Source: a virus
Taxonomy: Duplodnaviria > Caudoviricetes
Direction: 5' to 3' (one strand)
Length of the DNA: 57,930 nt
IMG/VR virus record: IMGVR_UViG_3300044949_002606
Location: 1-57,930 of that record
The stretch's first letter is position 1; each line of letters begins with the position of its first letter. The notes below the pieces were generated by a model that worked only from the letters and a program-made list of their open reading frames with translations, was not told where the DNA came from and made no database searches. Below are positions 52,655-57,930 of this stretch, piece by piece. The position numbers were made by a program, and so were the translations under genes.

Positions 52655-53185
52655 ATGAACGACGAACGACTCAAGAAATCCGCAGGCGACCTGCGCACCA
52701 ACCGCGCGATGGAAGATCGCGCTGTGACGCACGATCGCGCCATCAGTGATGACGAGCGGGTTGAAATGTTCCGTCAGCAGTTCTTCAATTCCTCATTGCC
52801 GGACTTGCCCAAGATTCCGGGCTGGCACATGTGCTGGCTCACCACCACCAACCCACGCGACTCAATTCAGGGCCGCATTCGTCTCGGATATGAACCTGTG
52901 AAGCCGGAAGATGTGCCCGGCTGGGAATACGCCACGCTGAAGACCGGCGACTGGGCGGGGTTCATTGGCGTGAACGAGATGCTGGCTTTCAAGTTGCCGA
53001 TGAGCTTGTATAGCCGCTTCATGCAGGAGGCGCACCACAGCGCGCCGCTCCGCGAAGAGGAAAAGCTCACCGACACGGCCGAGTTCCTGGAGCAGCAGGC
53101 GCGGTCTTCCAAGTCGAAGCTCATGGTGGGCGAGGGCAACATGGAAATGGGGCAGCAGCGCGAGGCGCTCTTCGAGCTCTCGTGA
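52655..53185 (+). CDS. Conserved head-region protein (176 aa)
   Basis: AAGGAG RBS; P.IPGWH..W...GYEPV. Confidence 0.75.
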   Translation: MNDERLKKSAGDLRTNRAMEDRAVTHDRAISDDERVEMFRQQFFNSSLPDLPKIPGWHMCWLTTTNPRDSIQGRIRLGYEPVKPEDVPGWEYATLKTGDWAGFIGVNEMLAFKLPMSLYSRFMQEAHHSAPLREEEKLTDTAEFLEQQARSSKSKLMVGEGNMEMGQQREALFELS

Positions 53186-53237
53186 GGCAAAGAGTCCCAA
53201 TTCTCGCAATCTGAACCCATCTAAGGAGCCAAGCACT

Positions 53238-53831
53238 ATGTCTTCGACTAGCGCACCTTTCGGTTTCAGGCCGTCTTACCACAACAGTGGCCAGATGCGC
53301 CCGAAAGCGTACACGATCACTTCCACCTACGGCACGGATATCTTCTCCGGCGACCCCGTGAAGCTCACCGACAACGGTGTGATTCAACTGGGCTCCAGTG
53401 ACGGCACCCGTTCCGGCACCACCGACGGCATCGCGCTGCTCGGCATTTTTGCCGGGTGCCAGTACCTGGACGCCAGCGGCAAGCCCACCATCAGCCCGTT
53501 CTGGCCCGCCAGCACGACCGGCACCGAGATCATCGCCTGGGTCTACGACGACCCCGAGACGCTGTTCGACGTGCAGTACGACAACCCCTCCGCCGGCACC
53601 ACGGTTCAAACCGCGGTGGGCGAGGAGTGCGACTGGACCGTGGCCTCGCCGGGCGGCTCCACCCGCACCGGGCTGAGCAACACCAAGCTCTCGGTGATCC
53701 AAGCCACGTCTGGCCAGTTCCAGATCACGGGCTTCGCCGACAGCATCAACGACTCACTGACCGACGCCTTTGTGCAGGTGACTGTTCGCATCAACGAACA
53801 TCACTACAAGGCCGCTGTCAACTCGGTTTAA
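53238..53831 (+). CDS. Putative capsid decoration/cement protein (197 aa)
   Basis: APFGFRP...IFSGDPV...GIF.GC.Y; directly before the capsid gene. Confidence 0.7.
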   Translation: MSSTSAPFGFRPSYHNSGQMRPKAYTITSTYGTDIFSGDPVKLTDNGVIQLGSSDGTRSGTTDGIALLGIFAGCQYLDASGKPTISPFWPASTTGTEIIAWVYDDPETLFDVQYDNPSAGTTVQTAVGEECDWTVASPGGSTRTGLSNTKLSVIQATSGQFQITGFADSINDSLTDAFVQVTVRINEHHYKAAVNSV

Positions 53832-53845
53832 GGAGGGCTTGAACC

Positions 53846-54760
53846 ATGGCTACCCCAATGCGTAGTACCGACTTTAGGTCGGTTGTTGAGCCGATCCTGA
53901 ACGAGGTGTTCGACGGCGTCTATGAGCAGCGTGCTGACGAGTGGAAGATGGTTTTCCGCGAGCAGAAGGGCATTCCGCGCAACTACCACGAGGAGCCCGT
54001 CCTGTACGGGTTCGGCGCGGCGCCGGAGCTGCCCGACGGCATGGCTGTGTCGTACCAGTCGGGTGGTGTGCTGTTCCTGCAGCGCTACCTGTACAAGGTG
54101 TACGGCCTGGCCTTCGCGCTGACCAAGGTGCTGGTGGAGGACGGCGACCACATTCGTATCGGCCAGACCTACGCGAAGCATCTCGCGCAGTCGCTGATCG
54201 AGACGAAGGAGACGCTGTGCGCCAACATCCTGAACCGGGCCTTCAACGGCTCGTACACGGGTGGCGACGGTGTGTCTCTGGTTTCCGGCAGTCACCCGAT
54301 CGTGAACGGCACGTTCAGCAATCAGCTCACCACGGCGGCCGCGCTGAGCCAGACGTCGCTGGAGCAGATCCTGATCCAGATCCGCAACGCGGTCGACAAC
54401 AACGGCAAGCGCATTCGGCTCACCCCGAAGAAGATCGTTTCAGGTCCGTCCAACGTCTTCCAGGCCGAGGTGCTGCTTAAGAGCGTGTTGCGCACCGGCA
54501 CCGCCGACAACGACATCAACCCCGTCAAGTCGATGGGGCTGTTGTCCGAAGGCCAAGCCAACCTCTCGCGTATCACGTCGACCACCGCCTGGTGGGTGCA
54601 GACCGACGCGCCGGAAGGCCTGAAGGTGATGATGCGGCGTGGGCTGGAGAAGAGCATGGAGGGCGACTTCGAAACCGACTCCATGCGCTACAAGGCCACC
54701 GAGCGTTATGTGCCGGGTTGGACCGATCCGCGCGCCGTGTACGGCACTGCGGGCGTCTGA
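53846..54760 (+). CDS. Major capsid protein (HK97 fold, Mu gpT-like, 304 aa)
   Basis: GFGAAP...G..V.Y, YGLAFALT, GGDGVSL...HP, DFETDSMRYKATERY..GW.DPR. Confidence 0.9.
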   Translation: MATPMRSTDFRSVVEPILNEVFDGVYEQRADEWKMVFREQKGIPRNYHEEPVLYGFGAAPELPDGMAVSYQSGGVLFLQRYLYKVYGLAFALTKVLVEDGDHIRIGQTYAKHLAQSLIETKETLCANILNRAFNGSYTGGDGVSLVSGSHPIVNGTFSNQLTTAAALSQTSLEQILIQIRNAVDNNGKRIRLTPKKIVSGPSNVFQAEVLLKSVLRTGTADNDINPVKSMGLLSEGQANLSRITSTTAWWVQTDAPEGLKVMMRRGLEKSMEGDFETDSMRYKATERYVPGWTDPRAVYGTAGV

Positions 54761-54772
54761 CGCTGTGAAAGA

Positions 54773-54810
54773 CTCCCCCGCTCGGCGCTGGGTCGGGCGG
54801 GGGAGGTGTT
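54773..54810 (+). terminator. GC-rich hairpin after the capsid gene (partial terminator or mRNA stabiliser)
   Basis: CTCCCCCGCTCGGC / GTCGGGCGGGGGAG 14-bp stem; weak U tract. Confidence 0.55.
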
Positions 54811-54827
54811 CCGGGGAAGGTCAAGAT

Positions 54828-54891
54828 CGCGCACCGCAGACAGCCCCCGGCTGACGACATGCAGACTGCGGCGCGTAACTCGCATGTGAGG
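54828..54891 (+). ncRNA. Candidate cis-regulatory pseudoknot RNA in the 5' leader of 54902
   Basis: Stems CCGCAG/CTGCGG and CAGCC/GGCTG plus crossing pair ACATGC/GCATGT abutting the GAGG RBS. Confidence 0.4.
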
Positions 54892-54901
54892 TAAACAGAC
54901 A

Positions 54902-55297
54902 ATGGCTTCGACAACCTTTTCCGGCCCGGTGACTTCGACCAATGGTTTCATTGGCGCGGTCACGGGCAACATTACCGGCAACGTCACGGGCAACGTCACG
55001 GGCGACGTCTTCGCCACGGTGCAGTCGCTGTCCGGCGCGGGCGCCGTGAACTTGACCGACATGATGACCAGCCTGACCACCACCGGCGCGTCGCAAGCGC
55101 TGACGCTGGCCGACGGCTTGGTCGGTCAGCTCAAGCTCGTCACGCACACGGTTGACGGCGGCAGCGCTGTGTTGACCCCCACCACCAAGATCGGCTTCAC
55201 CACCATCACGTTCACCAACGTCGGCGAAAGCGCCACGCTGGTGTACACCTCGGCCGGGTGGTGCATTTTGTCCTTGCGCGGCGCGGTAGCAGCTTAA
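54902..55297 (+). CDS. Putative head fibre / minor virion protein (131 aa)
   Basis: MASTTFSGPV N-terminus, GNVT repeats. Confidence 0.75.
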   Translation: MASTTFSGPVTSTNGFIGAVTGNITGNVTGNVTGDVFATVQSLSGAGAVNLTDMMTSLTTTGASQALTLADGLVGQLKLVTHTVDGGSAVLTPTTKIGFTTITFTNVGESATLVYTSAGWCILSLRGAVAA

Positions 55298-55309
55298 AGG
55301 GAGGCACGC

Positions 55310-55633
55310 ATGCGGCCCGTAACCCTTACGGTCACGGGCGGGCAGGCTTCGGCCGTCTACCCGCCCGACCACTACGTCAGCCCGTTCAACGTGGCGTTGG
55401 GCGTGCGTGTGACCGGCACGGTGAACTACACCGTGCAGTACACGTTCGACAACGTCTTCGCTGAGAGTTACGTTCCCGGCTCGGGCAACTGGGTGGACCA
55501 CCCGTCGCTCACCGCGCAGACCGCGACCAAGGACTCCAACATCGCCTACCCCGTCACCGGGGTGCGCATTGTGGGCAACTCGGGCGCGGGCACCGCCACG
55601 CTGACCGCCATCCAGGCCGGGGGCATCGTATGA
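55310..55633 (+). CDS. Small beta-rich virion protein (107 aa)
   Basis: GGAGG RBS; position. Confidence 0.7.
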   Translation: MRPVTLTVTGGQASAVYPPDHYVSPFNVALGVRVTGTVNYTVQYTFDNVFAESYVPGSGNWVDHPSLTAQTATKDSNIAYPVTGVRIVGNSGAGTATLTAIQAGGIV

Positions 55634-56184
55634 TCGCCACCGACATCACGGGCGCGGCGGTCGGCGGCGCCAATCAGCTGCTCGACCTGCTCAGCAACGC
55701 GGCCGTGTATGAAGCGAAGATCAAAACGCTGCAAACCGCCACCGAAGAGCACCGCAGGTTTGTCGAACTTGTTGCCCCGGCAAGCGAAATCGCGGCACTG
55801 AAAGAGAAAGCCGTTTCTGACGCCAACCAGGCCAAGGCCGAGCTCCAAGCCGCCAAGGCTGAGGCCGCGCAGCTGAAGGCCGCTGCTCGCAAAGCCTCCA
55901 CCGACACCGCCAAGGCGGCAAAGCAGGCCGCTGAGCAGAAACTCGCCGAAGCCGATGCAACCCTGGCCGCGGCCCGGTCAGCGATGGCTGAAGCCGTGGC
56001 GCAAAAAACCGAGGTTGCCGCGGCGTGGGATGCGTTGAACGAAGCCAAGCAGAAGGTCGCCGACAGCGCTGCTGCTCTTGTCGCTGAGCAAGAGCGCTTG
56101 TCGGCGACGCAAGCCGAGGTTGTCGCTCTGCGCCAAGAACTGCGCAGGAAGCTGGCCGCGCTCGCCAAGTCGCTTGAAGCATGA
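55630..56184 (+). CDS. Ala-rich coiled-coil protein (184 aa)
   Basis: ATGA overlaps on both sides. Confidence 0.7.
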   Translation: MIATDITGAAVGGANQLLDLLSNAAVYEAKIKTLQTATEEHRRFVELVAPASEIAALKEKAVSDANQAKAELQAAKAEAAQLKAAARKASTDTAKAAKQAAEQKLAEADATLAAARSAMAEAVAQKTEVAAAWDALNEAKQKVADSAAALVAEQERLSATQAEVVALRQELRRKLAALAKSLEA

Positions 56185-56507
56185 CGGGGATCGTCGACTT
56201 TCGCACGTCTCTGCTGGATGAGGCGGGTGCGCCGATTGACGGGGACAACCCGCTGCCGGTCACTGGCGGCGGAGGCGGGGGTCCTACCGAGGTTTATGCG
56301 CTCAACGACTTTCTTGACGGCGATCCTTTGTATCTCGGCAAAGTGAAAGCTGACGGCACGTGGTTGTTGCAAAGGTTCAGCGCAACCACGGGCCAAATGC
56401 GGTACGCCAACGTGTCCAACAATCCTAGTTACACAACGTATACATCCGCATGGGCGAACAGGTTGACGCTGACATATTCGCCGTTCCAAGAACTGAGTAA
56501 TGTGTAG
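56181..56507 (+). CDS. Hypothetical virion protein (108 aa)
   Basis: NPLPV and W.NR..LTY motifs; coupled start. Confidence 0.7.
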   Translation: MTGIVDFRTSLLDEAGAPIDGDNPLPVTGGGGGGPTEVYALNDFLDGDPLYLGKVKADGTWLLQRFSATTGQMRYANVSNNPSYTTYTSAWANRLTLTYSPFQELSNV

Positions 56508-56516
56508 GAGTAGCTT

Positions 56517-56957
56517 ATGTCTATGACCAACGCCGCCGAAGCGGCACTCCTCGACCTTCTGTTCCTGAACGTCGATTGGGCCGACATCGGGGACGCTGCT
56601 GGCCTGCAGAACAGCGCCACGGCGGGTTCGTTTTACATCTCGCTGCACAGCGCAGACCCTGGAGAGGCGGGCAACCAGAGCACCAACGAGATCAGCTACA
56701 CCGGCTACGCCCGTGTAGCTGTGAACCGCACGGCAGGCGGCTGGACGCGGACAACCTCCACCATCGCCAACACCGCCCTGGTGCAGTTCGGTCAATGTAC
56801 GGCGGGGTCCGCCACGGCCACGCACTTCGGCATCGGCACGGACTCTACTGGTGCCGGAAATCTGCTGCTGAAAGGTGCGCTCAACGCCAGCCTGTCCATC
56901 TCCAACGGCATTCAGCCGCAGTTCGCTGCCGGCGCCATGACCGCCACGGTGGACTGA
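56517..56957 (+). CDS. Minor tail/fibre-associated protein (146 aa)
   Basis: AGGAG RBS; YISLH.ADPG...E.SY.GYARVAV...F..G. Confidence 0.75.
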   Translation: MSMTNAAEAALLDLLFLNVDWADIGDAAGLQNSATAGSFYISLHSADPGEAGNQSTNEISYTGYARVAVNRTAGGWTRTTSTIANTALVQFGQCTAGSATATHFGIGTDSTGAGNLLLKGALNASLSISNGIQPQFAAGAMTATVD

Positions 56958-56958
56958 T

Positions 56959-57105
56959 GTGGTGTACCGCTGCGCTCACTGCCGGGAACTGTTGACGCTG
57001 ACAGACACCGAGCTGTCGGCCTGCTCGGAGCACCCTGACGGCGGCGTGGAGTGGTCGCCCAACGAGGTGGAGTGGGCCCCGCTGGAGAACCCTGATGCCG
57101 TTTAG
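56959..57105 (+). CDS. Small CxxC...CxxH protein (48 aa; not in ORF track)
   Basis: MVYRCAHCRELL...CSEHPDG...; fills the gap exactly; weak RBS. Confidence 0.45.
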   Translation: MVYRCAHCRELLTLTDTELSACSEHPDGGVEWSPNEVEWAPLENPDAV

Positions 57106-57930
57106 GTCCGTTGCCGAGGTGGCAGATGCCGTCCAGCAAGGGCGGCATCACATCCAGCATTTCATCCGCACATCGGTTTACGGTAGTTTCGGGACCAACC
57201 CGTTTGGTGATTTCAGCGTCGGCAGCGGCATCCCGTCTTACAACGCATACGTTGGCACCGCGCTTGAGGCCACGCAACTCATCGGCCAGCGCAACAACAG
57301 CATCTATGTCGGCCCCGGCATCAGCACGGAGCGGTATCTGCTCAGTATGTCGTTGACGCATGGCGGCACCACGGGCTTTCTGCCTTCGGTCTACTTTCTC
57401 GACTATTTGATGTTTTACCCGTACATCGACCTGGACAACACCGACCAGCAAGACTTGACCAACGATGTGACCTTGCCGCGATACACAGACGGCGAGGGTG
57501 TGCGGATGCTGATGATGATGCAAACGCCTGGAACAAGCACTGCCACGAACATCACCATCAACTACACCAACCAAGACGGCGTTGCCAAGACCATTACGAC
57601 AGCGTACAGAGCCTCGGGCGGCATTGGTGTCATTGGACCCAACATGATCAGCACCTCCGGGGGCTCTGCAGGGCCGTTCTTCCCGCTGGCCGGTGGTGAC
57701 AGGGGCGTGCGGTCTGTGCAGTCTGTGCAGCTTGCGGCAGGCGTGGGCGGGTTCGGCGTGATGCTGTTGGCCAAGCCGCTGTTCACGATGTCCGCCAACG
57801 AGTTGTCGTCAACCGTTGAAAAAAACTTCCTTCGTGAGCAGGCAGCGTTGCCCAGAATCTACGACGGCGCGTTTCTCAACTACATCTACAACATATCCAC
57901 CCAGACAAGCGGCTTGTTGCCGATGGTGGG
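57095..57930 (+). CDS. Virion structural protein spanning the contig junction (57095..57870 + 1..88, 287 aa), paralog of 98..976
   Basis: Manual translation MPFRSVAEVADAVQQG...GPFFPLAGGDRGVRSV...LAKPL...LPRIYDGAFLNY...QFIWTP*, with stop TAA at 86-88. Not in the supplied ORF track. Confidence 0.85.
   Translation, partial: MPFRSVAEVADAVQQGRHHIQHFIRTSVYGSFGTNPFGDFSVGSGIPSYNAYVGTALEATQLIGQRNNSIYVGPGISTERYLLSMSLTHGGTTGFLPSVYFLDYLMFYPYIDLDNTDQQDLTNDVTLPRYTDGEGVRMLMMMQTPGTSTATNITINYTNQDGVAKTITTAYRASGGIGVIGPNMISTSGGSAGPFFPLAGGDRGVRSVQSVQLAAGVGGFGVMLLAKPLFTMSANELSSTVEKNFLREQAALPRIYDGAFLNYIYNISTQTSGLLPMV
57871..57930. repeat. Exact 60-bp terminal direct repeat (copy 2)
   Basis: Identical to bases 1-60. 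Confidence 0.98.

Noticed and set aside
54851-54895. Hammerhead ribozyme (CTGACGA core-like sequence)
   Set aside because: No GAAA follows the putative stem II. Kept only as a pseudoknot candidate.

Overview
Apparently complete, circularly assembled genome (57,870 bp unique; bases 1-60 repeat exactly at 57871-57930) of a GC-rich tailed dsDNA phage. No integrase or repressor is recognisable, so it is probably lytic. An AGAAAGGA Shine-Dalgarno signature hints at a betaproteobacterial host. The + strand arm (42.5 kb through the contig junction to 22.7 kb) encodes terS/terL, cargo-like proteins, portal, GroES, scaffold, major capsid, tail and fibre proteins, holin/endolysin and large ejection-type proteins. 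No sheath, tube or canonical tape measure is seen, so the virion is likely podovirus-like. The - strand arm (22.7-37.6 kb) encodes SSB, SNF2 helicase, a PD-(D/E)xK nuclease, a family C DNA polymerase (DnaE) with separate DnaQ, and early genes. Primase and helicase are split at 37.8-41.6 kb. The best candidate for a new system is a translationally coupled cluster upstream of dnaQ/dnaE: flavin oxidoreductase, a ThyX with an altered active site, DenV, HAD phosphatase, small all-alpha nucleotide protein, SDR and VOC enzyme. It looks like a pathway making a non-canonical C5-modified deoxyuridine for the phage DNA. The second candidate is a [YFM]-A-x-G-G tag shared by five unrelated putative internal virion proteins, with two copies of a DT..A..S..E module next to it. 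Other signals are a conserved TTGCCN-N17-TATAATTCAC promoter, a pseudoknot candidate downstream of the capsid gene, repeat-bounded early gene cassettes and an iteron-like AT-rich region. All family assignments come from motif recognition, not database searches.
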